A stretch of 64,000 nt of DNA, from assembly GCA_044229175.1 (NCBI GenBank), contig JBGATM010000001.1, forward strand, positions 24,282-88,281. The letters are read 5' to 3'. The notes beneath the pieces were generated by a model. It did not search any database, was not told where the DNA came from, and saw only the letters and a program-made list of their open reading frames with translations. Shown in pieces: positions 37,964-47,280 of the stretch; positions within the stretch are counted from its first letter, which is position 1; every line of letters starts with the position of its first letter. Origin of the DNA: Vicinamibacteria bacterium (GTDB lineage: Bacteria > Acidobacteriota > Vicinamibacteria > Fen-336 > JAGNNV01). Both the position numbers and the translations under genes were made by a program.

Positions 37964-39081
37964 GACAGGAAACCGGAGACCTCGTCGGCGGCGCGCCGCG
38001 TGGCCCCGCCTCTGCCCAGTTTTTCGCGCACTTCTTCCAGGTTCTTGAGCATCTCGGTTCGTGAGGCGCCCTCGTCGAGGACGCGCAGAGTCTCTTCCGT
38101 GACGCGCGAAGGGGTGAAATCGCCCTGGATCAGCTCCGGCACCACCACGCGGCCGGCGATCAGGTTCACCATCGCGTAGTTCGAGACGCTGAGCAGCGGC
38201 TTGCCCAGCGTGTAGGTCAAAGCGGAGAGCCGATACACGACCACCATGGGGGTGAGAGTGAGCGCGGTCTCGACCGTGGCCGTGCCGGAGGCCACCACCG
38301 CGACTCGCGCGGCCGACAGCACGTCGCGGGTCGCGCCCTCCTTGACGATGACGCCGATTCTCTTGGCCTCCTGAAGCGCGTCCGCGCGCAGATGAGGCGC
38401 GGCGGCCAGGATGAACTGCAGGTCGGGGCGCTTCTCGCGGAGGAGTCTTACCGCGCCCATCATCGGCGGAAGGTTGAATCCCACCTCCTTGTTCCGGCTG
38501 CCGGGGAGGAGGGCGATCACGGGACGATCGCCTTCGAGCCCGAGCTTTCTCGCGATGGCCGCGCGATCCGCGGGGGGCCTCATGTGGTCGATCAGGGGAT
38601 GGCCCACGAACGTCACCGGCACCCCCGCATCGCGATAGATCTGTTCCTCGAACGGGAAGATCACGAGCATTTTCGCGACGTCGCGCTTGACGTCCTTGAT
38701 CCGGCCCCGCCGCCACGCCCAAAGCTGGGGCGACACGTAGTACACCACCGGGATCCCGAGCTTCTTCAGTTCACGGGCCAGCCGCAGGTTGAAGTCTGGA
38801 TAGTCGATCAGGACCGCGACATCCGGCCGGAACCGGGCCGCTTCGGCCACCACCGAATCAAAGAGAGTCTTGATTCGCCTCAGGTGGGAGAGAACTTCGA
38901 ACAGACCCACGACCGCGAGATCCTTGAGATGGGCGAGCAGTCGTACGTGCTCCGCGGCCAGTCGGTCTCCGCCCAGGCCTACCGCTTCGAGATCGGGATG
39001 CTGTTTCCGAAGTTCGGCCACGAGTTCGGCGGCGTAGAACTCGCCCGAAGGTTCGCCGCAGGAGATCAGAAGCCGCGGCAT
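37957..39081 (-). CDS. lpxB: Lipid-A-disaccharide synthase
   Basis: MPRLLISCGEPSGEFYAAEL N-terminus and overall GT19 conservation; length 374 aa. Confidence 0.9.
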   Translation of the reverse strand: MPRLLISCGEPSGEFYAAELVAELRKQHPDLEAVGLGGDRLAAEHVRLLAHLKDLAVVGLFEVLSHLRRIKTLFDSVVAEAARFRPDVAVLIDYPDFNLRLARELKKLGIPVVYYVSPQLWAWRRGRIKDVKRDVAKMLVIFPFEEQIYRDAGVPVTFVGHPLIDHMRPPADRAAIARKLGLEGDRPVIALLPGSRNKEVGFNLPPMMGAVRLLREKRPDLQFILAAAPHLRADALQEAKRIGVIVKEGATRDVLSAARVAVVASGTATVETALTLTPMVVVYRLSALTYTLGKPLLSVSNYAMVNLIAGRVVVPELIQGDFTPSRVTEETLRVLDEGASRTEMLKNLEEVREKLGRGGATRRAADEVSGFLSQ

Positions 39082-39087
39082 TCGTTT

Positions 39088-41052
39088 CTACTTCGCACTC
39101 GTCGTCCCGAAGAGATGCTTGTCGAACCAGTCGAGATTCTCCTGCAGGGCGTGTCGAAGAGCCTTGGGCTTGTTGAGGGAATGGCCGAAGCCCTTGTAGA
39201 GGGCGAGCCGTGTTTCGACCCCCTGATCGCGCAGGCCCTGGTACAGCTCGAAGGCGTCGGAAACCGGGACTCGCTGATCCGCGTCGCCGTGCTGAATGAG
39301 GGTCGGCGCCTTCGCTCCCTTGATATAGGTCATGGGCGAAGTCTTTCGGTAGATCTCGGGGTCGTCCCACGGCGTCGCCTTCAGGTACTGGCGGGTGAAG
39401 GGATGGATGTCGGTGCTCACGTAATACGTGACCCAGTTCGAGATCCCCGCGCCCACCGAGACCGCGCGGAACCGCGCCGAGTCGTGGGTGGTGAGGAACG
39501 CCGAAATGTAGCCGCCCTGGCTCCAGCCCATGACTCCTACCTTCGTCTTGTCCACGATGCCCTTCGCGATCAGGCTGTCGATTCCGGAGATCACGTCCCA
39601 GGCATCGCCCACCCCGAGATTGCGGACGTTCAGCGACCGGAAAGCTTCGCCGTAACCAGCGCTGCCCCGATAGTTGGGCTCGAGGATGAGGGCGCCCTTC
39701 GCGAGCCACGCCTCCATCGGGTAGACGTAGGTCGCGCCGAAGAGGCTCGGCCGTGACACCCCGGTCGGGCCGCCGTGGATGATCACGAGGAGCGGCGCGG
39801 CTGACCCTGCCTTGTATCCCGCGGGCTTTCGCAGCACGCCCTCGATGGTGGCGCCGTCCGTGCTCTTCCACGACACCACCTCGCTGGTTCCGAGGGTCAG
39901 TGAGCCCAGCTCACCGCCCAGGTCCGACAGCTTCTTCGCGGGGCCTCCCGACGCCGCACCCGCGAACACTTCCGGGTAGGCGCTCGCCGAGCTTCCCACG
40001 AAGGCGAGGCTGAGGGCGTCGCCGCTGAACGCGAACCCCGTGGCGATGGGCCGATCGAGGGGAACGCGCGCGACCGCCTTTCCGGCCGGGTCGACCTTGA
40101 AGAGGCCGGCCTCCGTCTTCTGATTGGCGGCGAGGAAGATCCCGTTCCTGGTCCACGCCACCAGACGCAGATCCTCGTCGAAGGAAGCGGTGATCGGAGT
40201 GATCGTCCCGCCCGCGGCCGGGATGGTCGCCACCTTGCCGTTCCGGTAGTAGTAGGACGCGACTTCCTGCATCGCGGTGGCGAAAGCGATCTGCCGGCCA
40301 TCCGGCGAGTAGTGGGGATCGCCGTCCGGGCCGTCCTGGCTCACGAGCGGACGGACGGTCGCGGATGCGGCGTCGACGACCGAGATGTTCGAGGTGACGC
40401 TGAACGAGGGGTCGGTGCTCTGAGTGAAGTCGAAGGCGATCTCGCGATCGTCCGGGGACCAGTCGAAAGCGCCCACCACGAAGGTGCCCGAGGTCAGACG
40501 CTTCGTGACCCCGCTCTCCACCTCGATGACGTGGAGGTGCGCGGGGTTCGTGGCCTCGTCCTCGATGGTCACGTCGCCATAGAGCTTCTGCCTTTCCTTC
40601 ATGGCCTCGGTCTTCGGGTCGGAAGCGACGAAGGCGATCCGCTTCCCATCGTGCGAATAGCCGAAGCGCGACACCCCTTCCTCGGCGCTCGTGAGCTTGC
40701 GCGCCTCGCCCCCCGAAAGGCTCATCACATAGACCTGCCGCTTCCCGTCGCGATCGGAGAGGAACGCCAGCGACGAACCGTCCGGCGAGAAGGCCGGGGC
40801 ATCCGAGGACTTCTTCGATTGCGTGAACGCACGCGACGTTCCGGACCTGACGTCAGCGAGCCAGATCTCGTTCTCGAACGTGTTCTCGTCCCAGTTGGCC
40901 TTGCGGACCACGTAGGCCACGCGGGAGCCGTCTATAGAGATCGCGGGCTGGGAAACCCGCTTGAGCGCCACCATCTCGTCGATGGTGGGCACATGCGTGT
41001 CGGCGAGCGCGAGAGTGGGAAGGAAGATCGCCAGCAGCAAAAGTCGTTTCAT
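39088..41052 (-). CDS. S9-family serine peptidase (prolyl oligopeptidase / acylaminoacyl-peptidase type), secreted
   Basis: Start at MKRLLLLAIFLPTLALA (aa 253 of the ORF). It has an N-terminal beta-propeller and a C-terminal alpha/beta hydrolase with GWSQGG nucleophile. Its start overlaps the upstream paralog's stop (ATGA). Confidence 0.85.
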   Translation of the reverse strand: MKRLLLLAIFLPTLALADTHVPTIDEMVALKRVSQPAISIDGSRVAYVVRKANWDENTFENEIWLADVRSGTSRAFTQSKKSSDAPAFSPDGSSLAFLSDRDGKRQVYVMSLSGGEARKLTSAEEGVSRFGYSHDGKRIAFVASDPKTEAMKERQKLYGDVTIEDEATNPAHLHVIEVESGVTKRLTSGTFVVGAFDWSPDDREIAFDFTQSTDPSFSVTSNISVVDAASATVRPLVSQDGPDGDPHYSPDGRQIAFATAMQEVASYYYRNGKVATIPAAGGTITPITASFDEDLRLVAWTRNGIFLAANQKTEAGLFKVDPAGKAVARVPLDRPIATGFAFSGDALSLAFVGSSASAYPEVFAGAASGGPAKKLSDLGGELGSLTLGTSEVVSWKSTDGATIEGVLRKPAGYKAGSAAPLLVIIHGGPTGVSRPSLFGATYVYPMEAWLAKGALILEPNYRGSAGYGEAFRSLNVRNLGVGDAWDVISGIDSLIAKGIVDKTKVGVMGWSQGGYISAFLTTHDSARFRAVSVGAGISNWVTYYVSTDIHPFTRQYLKATPWDDPEIYRKTSPMTYIKGAKAPTLIQHGDADQRVPVSDAFELYQGLRDQGVETRLALYKGFGHSLNKPKALRHALQENLDWFDKHLFGTTSAK

Positions 41053-43016
41053 TTCACACCCCATTTCGCGAACCATGCGAGTTCTCTCTCGATCTTGTCG
41101 ACCTGGTGGTTGGGCTCGCGGAAGCCGTGCGGCTCGCGCGGATAGGTCACGAACTCGGTCGGCACGCCCAGCTTCTTCAGGCCCAGATACAGTTCCTGCC
41201 CCTGGCTCGTGGGCACGCGGTCGTCGGCCTGGCCGTGGAGGATGAGGGTCGGCGTCTTCACCTTCGTGATCCCGGCCATGGCCGAGGCTGCCCAGTAGGT
41301 GTCCGCCTTCGCATAGGGCGGCCCGCCGAAATAGTCGTCGAGGGTCGAGGGGATGTCGTTCGTCCCGTACATGCTGAAGAGGTTGGTGAGGGCGGCGCCG
41401 CAGCTCGCGGCCTTGAAGCGGGTGGTCTGGGTGATCGACCACGCGCACATGTAGCCGCCGTAGCTCCATCCGTGCAGGGCCATGCGGTCCGGATCGGCGA
41501 CGCCCTTCGCGACGAGAGAGTCGACACCGCTCATGATGTCCTGGAAGTCGCCCCTGCCCCAGTCGTTCACGTTCAGCCTCTGGAAGGCATCGCCGTAGCC
41601 GGTGCTGCCGCGGAAGTTCGGCTGGAACACCGCATATCCCCGTCCGGTGAGAATGTGGTGATAGTTGTTCATGGCGGCGGGGAAGGTGAGGGTGTAGGCA
41701 CCCGAGGGCCCACCATGAACGTGCACGATGAGCGGCAGCTTCTTTCCCGCCGAGCCTTCCGGTCGGTGGAGCAGGCCCTCGATCTCGCGGCCATCCGGCG
41801 CCTTCCACCGCACCACCTCCGTGACGGAGAGAGCGAAGTCGGAGAGCTTCGGATTGAGCGTGGTGAGTCGCCGGGCCGCCGTGGCGGCGATGGGAAGCGA
41901 ACCCGGATCGACGCTTTGCACGTAGACGTCGCTCGGCGAGCGCGGATCCTGACGCAGGTAAACGAGCGAGGGAGCGCTCGTCGCCAGTCCGGGCGAGGAC
42001 ACGGTGAAAGCGCCGCTCATCAGCGCCCGGGGGGCGCCACCCCTGGTCGCTACGGAATAAAGCCGACCTTCGACCCCCACGGTGGCGGTGAAGAGGAGGG
42101 AAGCGCCATCGCCCGACCAGAGAATGGTTCCCGGGTTCAGGTCCACCGGGGTCAGCCGCGTGATGGCGCCCCCGGCCCGGGGAATGATGGCGATCGCGTC
42201 GGTCCCGGTGCGCGGCAGCTTTCCGTCGCGGGTGAGGAAGGCGATGGTCCGGCCGTCGGGAGAGTAGCGCGGCGACGAATCCGCGCCGGAGTTCTCGAAG
42301 AGAACTCTCGGCGCCCCACCCGTCGAGGGCACGATCACGATGTCCGAGGCGCTGCCGTCATCGGCCTTCGGGGTCGGCCTCCGGACCGCAGCGATCTCGG
42401 CGCCGTCTGGAGAAATGCGCGCATCGGAAAGAGTGAAAGCGCCTTCGGTCAATCGCTTCGTTTCTTTGGTCGCCACCTCGATCCGATGCAGATGGGTCAT
42501 GCGGAAGTCCTGATCCACCACGCGTTCATCGTCCTTGGCCTTCGTCCGCTTCTCCTCGTCCTCCGACGGCGCGTCGGCGGAAAGGGCCGCGATCCACGCG
42601 CCATCCGGGCTCCAGGCGAAGCCCGAGACCCCGCCCTTCAGGTCGGAGAGTTTCCAAGGCTCGCCGCCGCGCACGTCGGCGAGGAAGATCTGAGGTTTCT
42701 CTTCACGCTCGGAGATGAACGCGAGCTTCGTGCCGTCCGGGGAGAACTGGGGCGCGCGGTCGTTCTTCGGATGCCGGGTGAAGCGAAAGGGCTCGCCGCC
42801 CCCGGCGCTCACGAGCCAGATGTCGGTCTGGTAGACGTTCTCCTTCGCGTCCACTTCGCTGACCACGAACGCGACCGTGCGCCCATCCGGCGAGACCTGC
42901 GGGTCCTGGGCGGCGCGAATGGTCGGAACATCCTTCGGCTCCATCACGCGGTCGCCCGCGTGGGCGTAGGGCATGGCCGAAAGCAACAGAAGTGCGCTCG
43001 TCAGACATCTCTTCAT
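41049..43016 (-). CDS. S9-family serine peptidase, tandem paralog
   Basis: Signal peptide MKRCLTSALLLLSAMPYAHA, with GWSYGG nucleophile. Confidence 0.85.
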   Translation of the reverse strand: MKRCLTSALLLLSAMPYAHAGDRVMEPKDVPTIRAAQDPQVSPDGRTVAFVVSEVDAKENVYQTDIWLVSAGGGEPFRFTRHPKNDRAPQFSPDGTKLAFISEREEKPQIFLADVRGGEPWKLSDLKGGVSGFAWSPDGAWIAALSADAPSEDEEKRTKAKDDERVVDQDFRMTHLHRIEVATKETKRLTEGAFTLSDARISPDGAEIAAVRRPTPKADDGSASDIVIVPSTGGAPRVLFENSGADSSPRYSPDGRTIAFLTRDGKLPRTGTDAIAIIPRAGGAITRLTPVDLNPGTILWSGDGASLLFTATVGVEGRLYSVATRGGAPRALMSGAFTVSSPGLATSAPSLVYLRQDPRSPSDVYVQSVDPGSLPIAATAARRLTTLNPKLSDFALSVTEVVRWKAPDGREIEGLLHRPEGSAGKKLPLIVHVHGGPSGAYTLTFPAAMNNYHHILTGRGYAVFQPNFRGSTGYGDAFQRLNVNDWGRGDFQDIMSGVDSLVAKGVADPDRMALHGWSYGGYMCAWSITQTTRFKAASCGAALTNLFSMYGTNDIPSTLDDYFGGPPYAKADTYWAASAMAGITKVKTPTLILHGQADDRVPTSQGQELYLGLKKLGVPTEFVTYPREPHGFREPNHQVDKIERELAWFAKWGVK

Positions 43017-43102
43017 TTGGATGATTCCTCGGGAGTTGCGACGTTCCTGCGCGACGTGGTCGTGACAAAGGATACAGACGCCCGGCGCCCGCCTACGCTA
43101 CC

Positions 43103-43810
43103 GTGTCCGCCATGAAACTCACAGGAATCCTCACGGTCATCGCGATGACGTCTGTTGGCTGCGTGCAGGGTGGGGGGCAGGCGCCCGCGGCGGGTGCTTC
43201 GGGGAGCCCCGCCCCGGCAACCCGGGCCGAGTCGAAGAAACCCGTGCCGACCGCGACCGCTCCGGAGCCGGGATCGGCCGAGACCGCCGCGAAGGAGGCG
43301 CCCCCCGCGCGCTCGCGCGTCCGCCTCGACATCCCCGCGGGCACGCTCCTGCCCATAGAAATTCAAACCGCCGTCTCCACCGCCCACAGCCAGAACGGCG
43401 ATCCTGTGCTCGCGGTGTTGACCGAGGATGTCCCCCTTCAGGGTTTCAAACTCGACAAGGGCGCCGAAGTGCGCGGCAAGGTCCTGACCGCAGTGTCCGC
43501 GAAGCGGGTGAAGGGTCGCGCCCATCTGGTCGTCGGCTTCGACGCGGTGATGGTCAAGGGCGAGAAGCTCTCGATCGAGACCGAGCGCATCGACAGCCAG
43601 GCCGCCTCGACCAAGGGCAAGGACACGAAGATCATCGCCGGGGCCGCGGCGGGCGGACTGATCGTCGGCGCCATCAAGGACGGCGGGAAGGGCGCCGCCA
43701 TCGGCACGCTCATCGGCGCGGCCGCGGGCACCGGGGCTGTCCTGATCATGAAAGGCGACGAGGTTGAAATCCCCCGAGGCGCGAGGCTTTCTGTTGCCGT
43801 GACGAAATGA
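43103..43810 (+). CDS. Lipoprotein with C-terminal glycine-zipper segment
   Basis: Lipobox (TSVGC), an Ala/Pro-rich linker, then GAAAGGLIVGAIKDGGKGAAIGTLIGAAAGTGAVLI. Confidence 0.5.
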   Translation: MSAMKLTGILTVIAMTSVGCVQGGGQAPAAGASGSPAPATRAESKKPVPTATAPEPGSAETAAKEAPPARSRVRLDIPAGTLLPIEIQTAVSTAHSQNGDPVLAVLTEDVPLQGFKLDKGAEVRGKVLTAVSAKRVKGRAHLVVGFDAVMVKGEKLSIETERIDSQAASTKGKDTKIIAGAAAGGLIVGAIKDGGKGAAIGTLIGAAAGTGAVLIMKGDEVEIPRGARLSVAVTK

Positions 43811-43824
43811 GGGGATAGCCCTCA
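43808..43824. terminator. Candidate bidirectional hairpin built from the two convergent stop codons
   Basis: tgaggg-gatag-ccctca is a perfect 6-bp stem. TGA of the plus gene forms the left arm; tca (TGA of the minus gene) forms the right arm. Confidence 0.3.
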
Positions 43825-44934
43825 GTTCTGAAGGATGGCTTTGGCGAGCCGTTCGGCCGCGAGGGCCGACGCGATTTCGTTCGGGTGCCGATCCACGGGA
43901 TGCACCCACAGATCGGGCGCCTTTCTCGAGAGCAGCGGTGGCAGCAGATCGGCGAACTCGATGCCTCGATCTTTCGCGAAACCCGCGGTGCGGTCGTGGA
44001 TTTCCTGGAATGGATAGCCGTCGTCCCAGGGCACGAGAAGGGGCCAGAGGGCGAGGATGAACCGTCCGCCCCGATGCTTGAGGGTCGCGTCCATCTCCTT
44101 GATGTACTGACGGGTGACCACGATGCCGGTGCTGTTGAGGTCGCTGCCGAGGGCCTTGTACCAGTCGATCATGATCCGGGTATCGAGCCGGTCCTGGCGG
44201 ATCTTTCGCAGGAGAGCCAGGATCCTCAGGTCGAAGAAGCCGGACTTCGAGGCTCCTTCGGTTCGCCGGACCATGACCAGAGGACTCGACTCCAGCGGAG
44301 GCTGAGCGAGTTCCGGCTTTCGAACCGTGTCGTTGAGGGTCATCCCGTAGATCAGGATGTCCGGCTTCAACGCGAGTATCTCCCGGAACTTGTAGTACAG
44401 GTCGGGGAAGTCGCCGCTTGGAACGCCCGCGTTCAGAACTTCATAGCGCTCCGGCCGGCCCCGGTTGAGCAGCGCCTGCAGCCGGTCCGACACTCGATCC
44501 TCGAGACGCAGGCCCCACCCCATGTTGAAGGAATCGCCCATGAGGACCACCCGGGTGATTCCCTCCCGCTTCTCCTTGAACTCCGGCCCGAGGTAGACGA
44601 GCGAATTGAAGGGCTGCTCGACCGCGAAGTGGCGCTCCGGCAACGCCTTGTCGAGATTCCGCATGCCGATCGATTCGTAGTGGGCGAGTGTGGCCGGATC
44701 GGCGAGATCGATCTTGAAGTACCCGCGGTAATTCGTTGGATAGCACAGGAGAACCAGCGACCCCGGGCGGATGTTCCCCTCGCCGTCGGCCTTCTTGTTG
44801 GCGATCCGCACCACGGGCATATTGGGGGCCGGGCCCAGCAGGCCGAGTCGCAGCGCGCCCTCCACCAGCGTGAGGGCGAGCGGTATCGCGATGAGAAAAG
44901 GAGCCACGAGCCCCGCCACCCGTCGAATTGCCAT
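43822..44934 (-). CDS. SGNH/GDSL-hydrolase-family protein, TM-anchored (AlgJ/AlgX/DltD-like)
   Basis: N-terminal TM (MAIRRVAGLVAPFLIAIPLALTL) and a VVLMGDSFNMGWG block (GDSx nucleophile). Confidence 0.7.
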   Translation of the reverse strand: MAIRRVAGLVAPFLIAIPLALTLVEGALRLGLLGPAPNMPVVRIANKKADGEGNIRPGSLVLLCYPTNYRGYFKIDLADPATLAHYESIGMRNLDKALPERHFAVEQPFNSLVYLGPEFKEKREGITRVVLMGDSFNMGWGLRLEDRVSDRLQALLNRGRPERYEVLNAGVPSGDFPDLYYKFREILALKPDILIYGMTLNDTVRKPELAQPPLESSPLVMVRRTEGASKSGFFDLRILALLRKIRQDRLDTRIMIDWYKALGSDLNSTGIVVTRQYIKEMDATLKHRGGRFILALWPLLVPWDDGYPFQEIHDRTAGFAKDRGIEFADLLPPLLSRKAPDLWVHPVDRHPNEIASALAAERLAKAILQN

Positions 44935-44990
44935 CTCGCTGCAACATATAACAGCTATCGTTCGCCCGTCCTTTTCGCCGCCTCCCGCTC

Positions 44991-46028
44991 ATGTCCTCCC
45001 GCCTTCGACAAGCCGCGTCCACCCTGGTTCCGGTTCTTTCCGCCCTGGTCGTGCTCGCCGTCCTCGCGGAGGCGGCAACCCGCTTCCTGAACCGGTCGGG
45101 GGAGATCTACGACGTTGAAATGTACCGGTACTCCCGCCTCCTCAAGGAGGACGCGCCGCCCGAGGCTCCCGCGATGCATCACTGGCACCGCAAGAACGCG
45201 GAGGCCACCCTCCAGGGTGTCTCGATCCGCACGAACGAACTGCGGATGCGCGACAAGCCTCGAACCGAAAAGCCGGTCCCGGGGATCCGGCGGATTCTGG
45301 TCATGGGCGATTCCATCACCCTCGGCTGGGGCGTGCCTCAGGAACGCAGCTACAGCGCGGTGCTCGAGGCCCGGTTGGCGGAGCGTGGCGAGGGCCGCTA
45401 CGAAGTCCTGAATGCCGGTGTGGGGAACTACACACTCTCCCGGATGATCGGGTACTACGATTTCGCGCTGCAGCGGCTGGAGCCGGAGACCGTCGTCCTG
45501 GCCTTCTATCTCACCAACGCGAGCCGGGAGCAGGAATCCTCCCTGGCCCGCCTGCTGGATACGCCGCTGCACTTTCCGGTTTTTCTCTGGTCGCGCGGGC
45601 TGCGCGTCTACTCGCGATTCTCGAAGGCCGCGAGCTTCCGCGATTACTACCTCGATCTCTATCAGGACGGGGGATCCGAGTACGAGGTGTTCAAGGGGCA
45701 GTTGCGCGAGTTCATCGGCCGGGTGCGCGCGGAGAAGCGGAACCTCCTCCTGGTGAACCTCCCGGATGTCCGCTACGCGTCCACGAAGCCGTATCCGTTT
45801 CAAGCCGTCTCCGACCGCGTGCTCGCGATCGGACGCGACGCGGGTGCTTCGACCCTCGATCTGACCGGGAGCGTTTCGGACCTTCCACCCGAGGTCGCGG
45901 TGAATTCCATCGAGGACCGGCATCCGGCCGCGCTTGCTCATCAGCGGTTCGCCGACGCTATTCTTGACGCCTTGCGCGCGGCCGGCTTCGTCTCGATGCG
46001 ACCCGAATCCCAGGGAGAAATGAAATGA
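44991..46028 (+). CDS. SGNH/GDSL-hydrolase-family protein, TM-anchored (second paralog)
   Basis: N-terminal TM and an ILVMGDSITLGWG block. It is divergent from the first SGNH gene. Confidence 0.7.
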   Translation: MSSRLRQAASTLVPVLSALVVLAVLAEAATRFLNRSGEIYDVEMYRYSRLLKEDAPPEAPAMHHWHRKNAEATLQGVSIRTNELRMRDKPRTEKPVPGIRRILVMGDSITLGWGVPQERSYSAVLEARLAERGEGRYEVLNAGVGNYTLSRMIGYYDFALQRLEPETVVLAFYLTNASREQESSLARLLDTPLHFPVFLWSRGLRVYSRFSKAASFRDYYLDLYQDGGSEYEVFKGQLREFIGRVRAEKRNLLLVNLPDVRYASTKPYPFQAVSDRVLAIGRDAGASTLDLTGSVSDLPPEVAVNSIEDRHPAALAHQRFADAILDALRAAGFVSMRPESQGEMK

Positions 46029-46147
46029 GTTCGTTCTCGAAGAAAGTGTTCCTCCTGACCTTGGGGATAGCCCTCTTGCTCGCGGGCGGTCTGTATTTCC
46101 TTTCCCGGTCGTCGGGCGACCAGCCCTTCAGCTACGCGATCCAATGA
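46025..46147 (+). CDS. Unannotated 40-aa single-TM micro-protein (DltX-like?)
   Basis: MSSFSKKVFLLTLGIALLLAGGLYFLSRSSGDQPFSYAIQ. Its ATG overlaps the upstream stop (ATGA) and its stop overlaps the downstream ATG (ATGA). It is absent from the ORF track because it is under 60 aa. Confidence 0.45.
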   Translation: MSSFSKKVFLLTLGIALLLAGGLYFLSRSSGDQPFSYAIQ

Positions 46148-47280
46148 AGCGGGCGCTCGGCGCCCTCCTGGCTCTGGTCTTTGGCCTGGCCCTGGCCGAG
46201 ATCGCGGTTCGCCTGACCGCGCCCGACCGTTTTGGCTCGCTGCAGCTCCTCCCCTACGACGTCGTGGAGCCCGTGACCGCGGGCATGCGCATCAACGAGG
46301 CCACGAGCTATCTGGTCTTCGAACCCGAACTCGGGTGGGAGGTCGGGCCGAACCGCCATTCCCTGAACGGGCTCTACAACTCGGACGGATGGGGCGCGCG
46401 CGTATCCGTTTCGGCGCGCGAGGGTGTGACGCCCTGGGCGACCGCGTTCGGCGACTCCTTCACCCACGGCGACGATGTGCGCGACGAGGAGACCTGGGCG
46501 GCCCGGCTCGGCGCGTTGGGCCTCCCCACCGTCAACCTCGGCGTGCCCGGTTATGGCGTCGACCAGGCCTGGCTTCGCTATCGGAAACTGAAAGATCGGG
46601 TTCGCTCGCGTGTCGTCCTGATCGGCGTGATGGCCGACAACATCGCGCGCCACCTCAACCGGTATCGGCCGTTCATCACGCCTTCCGAGCGGGTCTTCTT
46701 AGTCAAGCCCAGGTTCGAAATGAGTGAGGGCCGGCTTCGGCTCGTGCCTTCTCCGTTTCAGCGGTTCGACGATTACGCAAGCCCGCCCGAGATCCTCCGA
46801 TCGGCGCTTCGGGAGGTGGGGCTCAAGGACCGCTTCTTCGATCCGCGGTTCTACGAGTCGAGCCCGCTCGATCGATCGAAGCTGTTCCGGATCGCCCGGA
46901 CCCTTCGGCTCGACCCCGCGCGGCACGCGGACTGGAGGCCGCTCTACGCGGACGAGGCCGCGGTGGAGCTGACTCTCGCCATCGTTCGGAGCTTCGTCGA
47001 AGAGGTGCGAGGCGACGGCCGCGAGCCCGTGGTGGTCTTCATCCCCGACCGGAGCGTGGCGCAAGACGTCGCTGCGGGCCGAGTCCCGCCCACCACCGCT
47101 CTTCTCGATCGATTGAAGGCACTCGGCTGTCCGGTCGCGGATCTGACCGCCCCGGTCGCCCGATTTGCTTCGAAGGCGGAGGCCCCCGCCGCTTTTCTGC
47201 CCCACTATTCGCCCGCTCTTTCCGAGGCGGTGGCGAACTACATCGCGGACTGGAAGAAGACGGAGAAGAGTCTTCCGTAG
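46144..47280 (+). CDS. SGNH/GDSL-hydrolase-family protein, TM-anchored, DltD-sized (third paralog)
   Basis: N-terminal TM (MKRALGALLALVFGLALAEIAV) and an AFGDSFTHGDD block. Length is 378 aa. Its 3' end overlaps the convergent MBOAT gene by 43 bp. Confidence 0.65.
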   Translation: MKRALGALLALVFGLALAEIAVRLTAPDRFGSLQLLPYDVVEPVTAGMRINEATSYLVFEPELGWEVGPNRHSLNGLYNSDGWGARVSVSAREGVTPWATAFGDSFTHGDDVRDEETWAARLGALGLPTVNLGVPGYGVDQAWLRYRKLKDRVRSRVVLIGVMADNIARHLNRYRPFITPSERVFLVKPRFEMSEGRLRLVPSPFQRFDDYASPPEILRSALREVGLKDRFFDPRFYESSPLDRSKLFRIARTLRLDPARHADWRPLYADEAAVELTLAIVRSFVEEVRGDGREPVVVFIPDRSVAQDVAAGRVPPTTALLDRLKALGCPVADLTAPVARFASKAEAPAAFLPHYSPALSEAVANYIADWKKTEKSLP

